From NCBI RefSeq assembly GCF_001194135.2, contig NC_068983.1, positions 118,318,750 to 118,382,302 on the forward strand: a stretch of 63,553 bases of DNA. Direction: 5' to 3'. A model generated the notes under the pieces. The model made no database searches and was not told the DNA's origin. It was given only the letters and a program-made list of their open reading frames with translations. This stretch comes from Octopus bimaculoides. Taxonomy: Eukaryota. Made by a program: the position numbers and the translations under genes. The stretch's first letter is position 1, and each line of letters starts with the position of its first letter. Shown one piece after another: positions 14,001 through 27,617 of this stretch.

Positions 14001-17000
14001 CCTAACTTCAGGAACTTGTATGGACAATCATGCCTTCAAAATATACTCCACAATGAATAATAACATAACGATTTCTAGCTTTAGTACAAGACCCCAAAAT
14101 TTGCTAGGAAGTCATATAATAAATCTTTCACAATATATTACTAGTACTTATTTAATCTATAAAAAAAGATTAACTATGTTGCCATTGTAGAAGTAGGTGA
14201 ACATTTTTTCATGAAAATGTAATAATTCATGAAAAAAAGGATCCTTATTATTATTATTAAGTACCAAAGAGGGATTATCTAAGAGATTACTTGGTCTGCT
14301 AGAAAATAGCCAAATATTCCCTAAATGTAAAGAGTTACTGAATAATGTAGTCCATTGCTTGAAAGACAAATAAGTGGAGTGGTCATCACTGAAATGCTTT
14401 TGATCATAGGTTTCCTCAACTGACGCTGATCTGGGGATATACAGTAAAGGAACAGTTAAATAGGATACTTAGCTGCTGATGAAATACCAACATCAGATTG
14501 AAACTAGTCTAGCTGATCATTACTTTTCTATCCACAAATACATTGTATATGAAAACAAAGTGTGTACAGCTGTCTGTACATACAGTATTGGCTAAAAACC
14601 CATAGATGATATAGTTATTCTACAGCACAGTAGAGCATTAAAACAAAATACTGCTGACTAGCAATTAATTTATTTAGTTAATGGATCTCCATTGACAATG
14701 AACATTCCAGTTGTTAGGTTAACTGAACGATGCACTCTTGAATTATAGTGTAAGAGTTCTTGTGCCTTTACTATAATTCTCAGGCAATCTAATCTGCTTC
14801 TCCATCTTTTCTGTCTATCTAATTTCACACTCATTGCTGTGGTAAAGGTTACTTGTCTTTGATGCCATACATTGGGTTTGAACCCAGGATCTTTTGATTG
14901 CAAAATAAACTTCTTAACCACTCAGGAATGCCTGCATCCTGAAGATATACAGTTACAATTGAGAAATCCCTTAACCCTTTGTGGGTTGTTGGGGTGCTGC
15001 AGCCATGCAACGTATCTAGGGTGAGAAAGCCTGGTGGAGCCCATCCCTCTCCAGGCTAAACTCATTTCTACAGCTGAATGAACTTGAGTAATGTGAAATG
15101 AAGTGTTTTGCTCAAGAACACAATGGATCACCCAGTCGAGGAGTTGAAACCACAATCTTACAGTTGGGAATCCAACACCCTAACCACTAAGTGACACTAG
15201 TGGTACTCATTTCTACAGCTGAGTGGACTGGAGCAACATGAAATGAAGTGTTTTGCTCAAGAACACAACGCTTTGGCTGGTTCAGGAATCAGAACCACAA
15301 TCTTACAATCGTGAGTCCAGCATCCTAACCACTAAGCCATGTGCCTCCACCTAGCCATGCTCTTCCAGCTAAACATATAAAAACCTTATTTTTTTTTAGA
15401 TTAAATAATGGATTCTTTGCATTGTTAAGTACAACATCATGTCATCATTATGATGATGATGATCATTGTTTTAACATTCACTGTTCTTTGTTTTCATGCA
15501 TTAGGTTAAATGAAATTGTGTTGAGGCAAGTTTTTTAATAGTTGGATGCTCTTCCTGTCTCCAACCTTCCCCTGTTTCAAAGTAAAGTAAAATTTACCCT
15601 AATCTTTTGGACACTCTATGGTTCAGGTATTGGATAAGCTTTCACGGAGGATTGCTAACAAATTACACTGTTTTTCCTTGATGGTAATTTTGTTTACAGT
15701 CAGTGTGTTATACATCAGGACAAGGAGAAATGCGCACTCATACCTTGTCGTTGTCGGCTATCCATCGTAGGTAGACATTGGCTGTTCTTGTTCAGTAATC
15801 ATCTCCAGCAGGCTCGCATGTGGGCTACAAGGCCTGCTCTTGATCTGCAGCCGCGATGATCTCTGCTGCAGGTGAATCTACTTCATGCAACAGAGAAATG
15901 ACTCTTTTCATGCGCTCTTTCATATTCCCTCTGTTGTTTCTTCTCAGTGGCTGGAATTATGAGCTTCAGTGATCAGTGCCATTCATTGCACTACTTGGCC
16001 TTCTCTTCCCAGGTGTCTGGAGAGATGCTGGAGTTCTTCAGCACATCCCTGTATTGCAACCTCTGGCCACCATGGCTCTGCTTGCCCTAATGCAGTTCAG
16101 GGTGGAAAACTGTCTCTGAGACTCTGCTGCTCTCCATCCTTTCCACTATATCCTTTCCACCGCCTTCCCCCAGCACAGCATAGGATGTCTACATCAGGAA
16201 TGTGATCCTGCCATTTGTTATGCAAGATGGAGCGTAGATGACAAAGTTGGTCTTGTATCAGGGCCTTAATGTACCAGCAGCAGAGGACCATGCATTTTGT
16301 GACATAGAGGAGTCAAGGGAGCACTGAAACACTGTACACCTTGAAGGTTATTGTGGCCAAGTGGAAGATATGCACCATCACACAATGGTTGGGCACCAAC
16401 TAGCAAATGAGTTGCTACTGTAGGGCAGCCCCACTCACACATGCACCACACAGATACATGCATATATATCATCAATATCATCATCATTTTAATATCCACA
16501 TTTTTATGCTTGCACAGGTTCGATAGAATTTGGTATATTTTCTATGACTGATACCATTTCTGTCACTAACATTCACTGTTTCTAAGTAAGGTAATATTTT
16601 CGCATGACCAAACATGTTTTCATGGAAGATTGGAAACAGAGGACACCATTTGTAGTGCACCTGAGCACTCTACACAATAATTTCATTATCATTTGTAAAG
16701 CAATGACACTTGTTTGTGATATTAAGACAAGGAGACACCAATACATAAACACACATATACATATATGATGGGCTTCTTTCAGTTTCCATCTACCAAATCC
16801 ACTTACAAAGCTTTGATTTAGCCCGTGATCCACCAGTACTTTGCAGGTGAACTTGGTTGCAGAAAACTGTATGAATGCCTGTTGTATATATGTGTGTGTT
16901 TATATGCATACATTTTTGTGTTTGTCTATCACCACTTGACATTCTGTGTTGGTTTGTTTACATCCCTGTAATTTAGAAGTTCAGCAAAATTAGAGTGACA

Positions 17001-17823
17001 TGATAAATACTAGACTTAAAGAATAAGAACTATGGTCATTTTGATCACAATCCAAAGACTGAAATTGGTAAAAATGTAATCATTATGATGTATGTATGGA
17101 GCATCAAATTTGCATGATTAGTAATGAATGTTTTGATGTTGTAAGGCAGTGAGCTGGCAGAATCATTAAAACACCAGGCAAAATGCTTAGTATTCTGAGT
17201 TAAAATTCTTCCGAGGTTGACTTTACCTTTCATCCTTTTGGGATTGATAAAATAAGTACCAGTTGATCACTGGAGTTGATGTAATCGGCCCACCCCATCT
17301 CCCCAAATTGCTGGTTTTGTGCCACAATTTGAAACCAATATTTTGATGTATAAACATTTTTTTTGATTATTGTATTCTTAAATTTCACAAGCAAGGACCT
17401 TCTTTTAATTAGAAATTGCTTTGATATTTTAACTAAAGAAAATTAATTGATTTGAGAAAATGGTTTAAAACTTTTTTCCATTCTGGACCCAGGTAATAAT
17501 ACTCAGTGTTTCTTTTAAGTGACTTTGCCTATGGATTATTGAATGAAGTAGATGAAACAAATACCTATCAATGATTATTATATTTATGGTCTATCAAGTC
17601 AACTTATTAACATGATAAAACTTGTAGATCATTAAGTTCGTAATAAATTAGGCAGATGAATGAAACTTTATCTAATTTTCCTAACTGCACAACACTGTAG
17701 CTATATAGTTTACTTATAATTTATGTTCAAAACTGAAAATATTACCCTTGCTATTCTTTTAATTTCTTTATTTCAGTGTAAACAAATTTATTTGTTTAGT
17801 GAAATCATCATATGAACAAATTC

Positions 17824-17873
<50 letters not shown>

Positions 17874-20800
17874 TACACGCCTGTGTGTGTGTGTGTTTGT
17901 GTATTGTCATCACTACACCACCGTCATCATTTAATATTCACTCTCCATGTTGTCATGGGTCAGATGGTTCAAAAGGATCTGGCAAGCCAGAGGACTGTGC
18001 TAGGATCCAATGTCTGCTTTGGCATGGTTTTATATGACTGGATATCCTTCCTAATGCTCACCAACTTACAGAGTGTACAGGGTGCTTTTTATGTGGCACA
18101 TGTGTGTGTAAGGAATTGTGCTAACATTGATATATAATCATTTGATCCCTCTGGCCCATGTATAAGTGGCTACATTGGAGCACTTATGCCTACTTCTACC
18201 CTCCCTCCTGTACTGCTGGTCATCTTCCTGTGTCAGTCAGCCTGCCAACTTTTTCTTGCTCTTTTTTCCCAATACTTCCTGGGTTCCTGTCATCTCTCAA
18301 TCTCCTAGGTAACAGATTTCTGTCACCTCTCTGCCATCTTAGTCATACTGCTTTCGATATACATACCCATCTCACAATACTAAACTCTCCATTACTCCCT
18401 CTCTGTCATACTTCCATGACTAACATTCATGCTGCTATCACTTACACTTCTTATTTCTGTAAAGCAGTTTGGCCAGTGAGCAGAGAAATGTGTTCATGGA
18501 AATAGTTAACTCTCCCGTAGTGGTGTCACAAAAAATGCCTCCCATATATTCTGTAAAAGGTGTGGTTGTGTGGACCTTTTAGCCTTGTCGAAGACGTGAC
18601 ACTTTTCTAATACTGGTACCTTGAAAAAAAGCACCCAGTACACTCTCTAAAGTGGTTACAGTTGGGAAGGGTATCCAATCATAGAAACCAACATGAAAAT
18701 GAAACACTAGTTCCCTAGCCCATTTAACTGAGTGCTGCCTCTGAATTAGTACTGATTCCAACTGTGACACCCCATCCAAACCATGCCAGCATGGAAAGTC
18801 AATATAAAATGATACATATAATATAAATGTGTGTGTGTGTGTGTGTGTGTATAAAGAATTGAGCAAGCTATGATATATGATGTAATTACATCATTTTTGT
18901 TTATTTTAGATTAAAAAAACATTCCGACTGAAATTAAGCATTGCTTTGAATGAGAATATTATCTTAAAGTTATATTTCATTTTTAGCTCCAAAACTTAAT
19001 CCGAAAATTAATACCAAAGAAAAAGATGAGAAAATAATTTGTGCTGAAGATATCAATCCAGTAATTGTTGATGAGGTAAATTTTTAAATATTGCAGTTAA
19101 AGACCAAGCTCTTTTTCTTATACAGACCAAAGTTAATTTTGGGATGGAGATGAGGAGTGGCTTACATGAGTTGCTGAAATTCTAACCCTTGATATTAAAT
19201 ATATTTATTAACCTCTTTTTACTTCTCATATTTTGTAAATAATTTTAATTTCTAAATTCACATTGTGTATAAAGAAATGCTGAGAAGTAAATCTAAAATT
19301 TTAATCTCATGTTTATGTAAACCATTCATATTACATTCAGTTCATACAGTTTGTTAAGTATTTTCTGTGATTGCATACAATGCCTATTTCATCGCCTTCC
19401 TGGCACTTGTGCCGGATGGCACGTGTAAAGACATTCAAGCGAGATCGTTGCCAGTGCCGCCGAACTGGCTCCTGTGCAGGTGGCACGTAAAATACACCAT
19501 TTTGAGCGTGGCCGTTGCCAGTACCGCCTGACTGGCCCTCATGCCAGTGGCACGTAAACGCATCCACTACACTCTCAGAGCAGTTGGTCTTAGGAAGGGC
19601 ATCCAGCTGTAGAAACTCTGCCAAATCAGATTGGAGCCTGGTGTAGCCATCTGGTTTCATCAGTCCTCAGTCAAATCGTCCAACCCATGCTATCATGGAA
19701 AGCGGACGTTAAACGACGACGATAATGATGATGATGATTTAAATTAGTTCATGTTTTGTATTTCTGTTTATACATGTATATCACATACAGTTTGTATGGT
19801 TCTGTTTGTAATGTAGAATGTTTGTATTTAATTCAGAGAGTAAGCTCACACTTTTCCCTATATGCATATCATAATCATATATGAAATATAGTTTGTATTT
19901 ATTTAAGCAATACCTTTGAAATTCATTTCAATTATATCCCGATTATATTTGATTAAATGGCAGGATATCAAAATAATTTTTTGAAACTCCTTGCTTGTGT
20001 TTAATATACTAACATAATGTTTTCAAATGTGCTGACTTATGCTGTGGAATTTCCATGGATTATCTTTATTAAAGCTTACCTACTTCAAATGGGAACAAAA
20101 AGTCTATAGTCAAGTATCAATAAATTTCATGCATATTAACATACGTAATTTTATGAGGGAGAAATGTTTAAAATAAAATATAGAATTAGAAAGAAAACAC
20201 AAAACCAAAAGAAGGCATCACAGGTAGTGTCTAATTTAATAAATGTGAAGTGCAGGCATGGCTGTGTGGTAAGAAGCTTGCTTCCCAAATACATGGTTCC
20301 AGGTTCAGTCACACTGTGTGGCACCTTGGGCAAGTGTCTTCTACTATAGCCTCAGGCCGACCAAATCCTTGTGAATGGATTTGGTTGATGGAAACTGAAA
20401 GAAGCCCATTGTATATATGTCTATATATCTATGTGTGTGTGACTGTTTGTCCCACCACCACTGCTTGACAACTGGTGTTGGTGTGTTTACATCCCTGTAA
20501 CTTATTGGTTCAGCAAAAGAGACCAATTGATTAAGTGCTAGGCTTATAAAGAGTAAGTACTGGGGTCAATACATACATCTAAAAATTCTTCAAGGTGGTG
20601 CCCCAGCATGGCCACAGTCTAATGACTGAAACAAGTAAAAGATAAAATATAAAAGATACAAACATGTTTCATTTCTTGTTAGTTTAGCTTTGTCAATTGC
20701 CCATATGGAAGTATGAGATATGTTTGTGTGGTTTATGCTTAACTGCTATGCATAAACTGGACTTAGTAACTGTGATTGTCTGTCAGAGAATCTTCAATGA

Positions 20801-23800
20801 CAGTTATGAAGCAATGAAGCAAATAATCAGAGCCCTAGCAGTCATTGTCTTTTATTTTAAAACACTAACATGTCTAGTTTTTAAATTTTATTTTTTTTTT
20901 AAGTTCAGATACCTTACATTTAAAAATCTTATGATTACTCATTTTTTCTAGAACTATGTCACTTCAAGTCACTTCAATATCCATCTATATGATTTTATAT
21001 CTTTGATCTTTTTAAACACAAAGCCAAAATACAAACTCTTCTGATCCTTATTTTTCTCAAGGAGGGCTTATTCAAGCAATGAGCACTACCTATTCCTCCT
21101 GAGAGTGTTACCAATCCTTCATTGGAGTGCAGATTAATATATATCATTACTCACTACTTAGAAAAAATGGAGAAAAAAAATTGTTTGTATTTTGAGAATG
21201 GAAGAGGGCTGTTTTATATCCAGTTTTGAATGTTTATTGGTTGTTGTATTTTCATATAATTTCTAATTCAATCAATTTTGTTTTACTATTCCATATTATT
21301 TTCACTTTCAAATGTTCTTTCCTAAATGCCTTTTCCCTTAATTTTCAACCATTGGCTTGAGTTTTCTGGTACATATTTCTTCATTATGATGGTTATTTAA
21401 ATCAGAAAATAAAATTCCTGCTTTTCTAATTTAAGAACAAAATAAAAATGAAATGTTAAAACATAAATAATTATAAAAACACTCTTGAGTGGTTTGCATG
21501 CATAACTGCACACCCCAAAATTGCTAATTTTGCTGACTTGTATAATATTGTACTAATAGAAAAACACTTCACTTCAGTAAGAAGTAGGTTTAACTGAAAA
21601 AAAGTAATTTGCCACAAGTATCCATAGGTACTGGAGCTCCGAAATGGGTCTCAGGGAGTAGCATCCCTGCCTTTCTGAACTAGTTTTCCACCACATTTCT
21701 TAAAAATCATGGTAGAGGCCTTGGTCTCGGGACGACTCATGTCTAGAAATTGAGGTTGGGAGGAAGCAAGGGTATGCTCCCCGTAGAAAATCCAGCTCCA
21801 AAAAAAGCTTCATGATAGCAAGAGAGAATGGGCACCAGCCAGTCAAAGGTTGGGGTAGGCTGCCCCTTCCTGCCTCAGTTGCTATGACATTGAAGTAGAT
21901 CTGACCATCCTCATTAACACGGACAAAATCCGGATTTAAAACACTGGATGATGATGATGATAATGATCCATATTTTCGAAAAAAATCTACTTTTAACTTT
22001 GAAAACTTTGATAGGTTTTGGCCAGCATAACCCCAGGCCATGTCTAACTTAATAGCACCATCTGGTGAAGTCTTTTAGTCATATATGTTTGACGTCTACT
22101 ATGTCATTGATGTAGATAATGAAGAGGAGTGGGCTCAACACAGTACCTTGTGGGACACCACTACTGACTTTGGCTGAGCTTGACCGTATTCGCTCAAACA
22201 CAACATGTTGGGTTCTGTTTATCAGGAAACATTTTATCCACTGCAGTAGCTTTCCATGGACTCCAATGTTGGACAGTTTCTTCAGCAGGATTTTGTGGTC
22301 CACTCTGTCAAATGCCTCGCTGAAATCAAGGTATATGACGTCATTGTTGGAGCCTTCTCCCAAAGCTTTATATTGGTTTCAAATTTTTTGCTTGAGACCA
22401 GCAAGTTTGGGTGGGGGCTAGTCAATTATCGATCCCAATACTCAACTGGTAATTATTTTATTGACCTTGAAAGGATGAAAAGTAAAGTTGACCTCAGCGG
22501 AATTTGTACCCAGAACATAAAGACTGACAAAATGCTACTAAGCATTTTGCTTGGCATGCTAATGACTTTGCCATTTTGCTGCTTTTATCTACTTTTATAT
22601 TAGCATGGAAAACTGATCTAAAAGATATCAAGGTTAAGTGGGGTGGAATTGAGTAAAATGTAAGAAAGTTATACACAATTTCTTAGTAATTCTGATTGTA
22701 AGTTATTATTTATTGTTATTTTGTGTACAGTTGATAAAGTGAATCATTGCAGGAGAAAAGTAGTTATATAGAACTAATCATCTGATGATCTTCAGCTTCC
22801 TGTAGTTGAGGATAAGAAAGTCAAACACAGAAAACAAACTGTATTAATGTTATTAGATTTCAAAATGTAGTACATCCTGTTTGTTAGTCTTATTATTAAT
22901 CTTATACATGCAAAATATATATTTCATCGGTCTGTTAAAAGTAATTATATTTTAAACCATAGTTTATACAGCCTTGTACTTCTCTTAGATTTCCATAGTT
23001 TTAAGTAGATGAAAGATAATTTTCCACCTGGATGTGATGCTAGTCCCTCACATGTAGCTTTACCCATTGGAGCAAATGAATTGTAAACCAACAAATCACT
23101 TATCAAGTCAGCAGTACTGATATAGCTTGGAGAGACAAATCATTCTTAATTTTCAATAGAACTAGGGTTAGACCATTTGAGAATTAAGTGTCCTGGCTAT
23201 AAGAATGATGCAGTTCCAGTGATATGACACTAGCCACTGCCATTTCAGTTGCTTGTCCCTTATCCTATTTACTTTGGTATCAATAAAATATTATTAGCTA
23301 TATTCTGAGTTATTCTGTTAACTATGTCCTCTTCTAAAAAGAGTCTGTGTGCAGCAAAATAAAATAGAAAAAGTTAAAGAGGTTTTTAAGTTTTAATTAA
23401 ACATTTTGTTATGTACTTAAGACTCTGGATATTCATTCAAAATGCTTCCAGTTAATTCTTATTTCATTTTATTTCCTTATTGTATCTTGGATTTTATTTT
23501 GTTTCCTTTTAGGTATTTGAGGGCTTCACTGATGAGAATGCTGATGATTTTGACTCTAACTATGTTCATCTATCTGTTGAAGAAATGGTATGTTGAAATT
23601 AAAATTATTACAGCTTAGCTGTTTTACATTCTACTGTAATTTCATTAAAATAAGCCTGTTTAATTGATATTATCTTGACACTATTATCTATATTCTATTA
23701 AAAATTTTGATATGCTTCATCAGTATTTGGCTATATTAAAGCATAGAGGGGAAATTAGAGTCTGAAAAAACATATTCATGGCCTGAAAAAATAATAAATG

Positions 23801-24776
23801 AAATCTGTAAAATAATTTAGCTTTATGAGCCTGAAATATGAGAATTCACCTTTCTCCATGGCACTTAACTTATTTTATGAATTCTATAAAAACATACTTC
23901 ATGAGTCTGGGAAGATATACTTTCCTGCTGCAGCACTTGCTAATAGGAAGGTCAGCTAGTTAAAATTTCATGAAATGTGTGTGAAGAAATAGTGTATTAC
24001 GGATTCAGGCAACTTGGAAACCCCCCATCAAAGAAAAGAAAATGTAATAATAAAGAATTATAATAATAAGATAAAATCATGTCTCAAGCATGTCAAACAG
24101 GAGCCATCGTTATGTTACATATTTGTTTTCCAGCTGTACCATTATATGACTGGGGAAAACACACCTACTGCTTGAAAATAATTGGTACAGAAGGTGCTAA
24201 GTGATTTTAATTAACTAAATTTATACCTGTTATGAAGGGAAATAACCATTAACTTGATGATAAATTTTGGTCAAGAAAGGCAAGGAAGACAACTCTGGAA
24301 TTTAAATTAATTGAAAAGAAAATGCAGTGGGGATTGTGTCTGATCTTTGGTATCAAGGATATTTTTGTGAATGAATACTAAGTAGTATGACCACTTAAAA
24401 GAACGACTGAAGGAAATAACTGCAAATGCCTCCTGTATGAAAATAATTTGTAAAGTGAGTGCTAACGTACTTAATGTAGCAAACTTTGGAATGAAGAAAT
24501 ATTCTGAAGTGGTTTCCTATTGCTTCCTCTTAGCATACGATATTTTTTTACAAAAAGAGAAATGTCATTTATAATACTCTTATCTTTCTTAAGGACATTT
24601 GCAAATTCAATGAAGTGTCTCACTGAGAAGCTAAAAAGTTGCTACATAACTTTCTATTTGACTTTGTTTTTTGTGTGCAAATTCAGTTATTATTGGAATA
24701 CACTTATCTTGATTCAATCATTACACTCACTTTTTAACATGTTTCTCACTATCTCACACATACATATCATATGTAT

Positions 24777-24825
<49 letters not shown>

Positions 24826-27564
24826 CTGTGTTTGTGTGTGTCTAGATATAGTGATGCAACCGTGAAAAATATAACTCAGAATATGAATATCATCATCATC
24901 GTCGTTTAACGTCCACTTTCCATGCTAGCATGGGTTGGACGATTTGACTGAGGACTGGTGAAACCAGATGGCTACACCAGGTTCCAATCTGATTTGGCAG
25001 AGTTTCTACAGCTGGATGCCCTTCCTAACGCCAACCACTCCGAGAGTGTAGTAGGTGCTTTTACGTGCCACCGGCACGAAGGCCAGTCAGGTGGTACTGG
25101 CAATGGCCACACTCAAAATGGTGTATTTTACGTGCCACCTGCACAGGAGCCAGTTCGGCGGCACTGACAACGATCTTGCTCGAATGTCTTTACATGTGCC
25201 ATCTGGCACAAGTGCCAGGAAGGCGATGCTGGGCACAGGTGCCATTGACAGTTTCCCTTTCACTTGCCCCAATAGGTCTTCGCAAGCCGAGTTTCGTTTC
25301 CAATGAAGGAATTTTTATTAATATATATAAATTTCTGTATACACATCCAGATACATCATTTAAGCCACACACACTGACACATCTACTCTTTTCTATCTCA
25401 CTACTTATCCTCCAACACTTGTTTCATTCATTTTATTCATCCCCTCACTCATTCCTCATCACTTGTTCTCCCATACACTCTTACCCACCCACACTCCCAG
25501 TTCTGTCCCCATTCACATCTACTCGCTCATATCTTGAGGGTTCATCCAGACCCTTCATCACCACTACTTCTATCCCTTTTTAGCTCCACCCTTATTCCAC
25601 CCTCACTTTTAAAATGTGAGTAGCCATGTAGCCATGTAGCTATGTAGGTCCTCTACAGCAAGAAACCTGTCCTTTGCTGGCCCTCTTCTCGCATACTTTA
25701 ATCCCTCATTTTCTATCATAATGCTTACTCTTTTGGGGTTCATTATGTTGTAAGCTGCATGTTAACCTTACTAGTACTTATGGCACAAGAATTTTACCCA
25801 GAACATGCTGTAAAGTGGTTGGCATTTGGAAGGGTGTCTGGTCATAGAAACCATGCTAAAATAGATTGAAGAATGGTACAGTCTTTGATCTTGGTACAGT
25901 CTTTGATCTTGGTACAGTCTTTGATCTTGGTACAGTCTTTGATCTTGGTACAGTCTTTGATCTTGGTACAGTCTTTGATCCTACAGTCTTTGACAGGATC
26001 AGTCTTTGATCCTGTCAAACTCTCCAACCCTTATCAGCATGGAACATAGACAATATATGGGGATGATGATGGTGATGGTGACGACAATTACACTATCTTA
26101 AGCTTAAAACATCAAAGACATTTCTACTTTTCTTTACTTGAGCGTAAACTTATTAGCTACACTTTGTTTTCTCTTTGTTTTCAAGTTACTATTTATGTCA
26201 TTAATTTTGTACCTATATATATATATAAATATACACATACTTACATTCACACATGAGGATTGGCTGAAAAGTTCATAGGCTGACCAAGATACTCATAGAA
26301 TGTGACCAAACAAGGTTTATTTTCAAAATACCACCCCTCCTTGCAGTCGACATACCTCCATCAATGTTGCAGTGCTTGGATCCCATTGGCAAAGAATCTT
26401 TCATCATGCTGGTCAAAAAAAAAGTCATCAACAGCAGAGATGATGTCATTATCATTGCAACACTGCTTCCCAGCCAAGTCATTTTTCATGTTGGAGAACA
26501 GGTGATAATCAGATGGGGCCAAATCAGGAGAATAGGGATGGTGATCAACCAGTTCAAAGCCACAAGTCACACACAACAGCCATTGAAATGAAGGACTTGT
26601 GTGCTGGAGCATTGTTCTGATGAAACAAGACCTCTTTCATCAGTTTTCCTGGGAATTTGGTCTTGATAACCTTTCATAACTACCTCAGCAAGTTTGCATA
26701 GTACTCTCCATTGATGGTGTGGCCCTTCTGAAGATTGTCAATAAACAAATCAAGAAACTGAGGCCATCACCTTCCCTGCAGGTGTTACAACCTTGGCCTT
26801 CTTTAGAGCAGGTGAGGAGAGGTTTTTCCATTGCATGGATTGTCTCTTTGTCTCTGATTCAAAGTGATGAACCCAACACTCATCCTGGGTTAGAAAACAT
26901 TCAAGGAAACTAGCTGGATCTGCCTGAAACAATGCTAGATTTTGTCATGATGTAATCAGCTTGATGCACTTTTGATCAGATGTCAGAAGACGTGGCACCC
27001 ACCAAGCAGAAACCTTTGGCATGCCAAGTCCATTGTGCAGCATATTCTCAATTCACTCACAGGATATGCTGATTGCATCGACTATTTGATTTATAGTCAA
27101 TCGCCTGTCATCCATCAGCATGTAGTGAACACAATGAGTGTTTTCCTTGGTGGTGGCAGTTGCAGGATGTCCAGACCTTGGGCAGTCTTCAAGATTCTCC
27201 AGTCCCTTCATAAATTCAGATGCCAACTTTTGCACTGTTGATAAAGCTGGAGTGTCATTCCCTAATGTAGCAAGCATGTCAGTATAAATGTCCTTGGAGA
27301 CTAAACCCTTTTTCTACAGCTATTTCATAACAAGGTGATGCCAAATTTTGTCCATATTCAAGGGAAGTCACTACCAGTTACATTTGAAGTGTTTTTTGAA
27401 CAGTGAGATGTCAGTTTACATGGAAAGAAATAATACAGTTAATAATGCAGAAAAGTTGAAATTAATGCATGCTAGATTTCATAGCTCTAGCATCACTCCT
27501 TCCAAGTTAGCCTATAAACTTTTCAGCCTGCCTTTATGTGTTTGTGTGTATGTATGTATATATG

Positions 27565-27617
<53 letters not shown>

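Noticed and set aside
24958-25167. Recurrent MKPDGYTR...AEFLQLDALP ORFs (also at 19337, 27512 and 53563)
   Set aside because: The same SINE family D translated repeatedly; copies differ by frameshifts and stops.
25875-25990. CRISPR-like array
   Set aside because: Head-to-tail repeats with no spacers, in a eukaryotic genome.
25842-26027. (KIKDCT)n repeat-protein ORF
   Set aside because: Translation of an 18-bp minisatellite inside a SINE.
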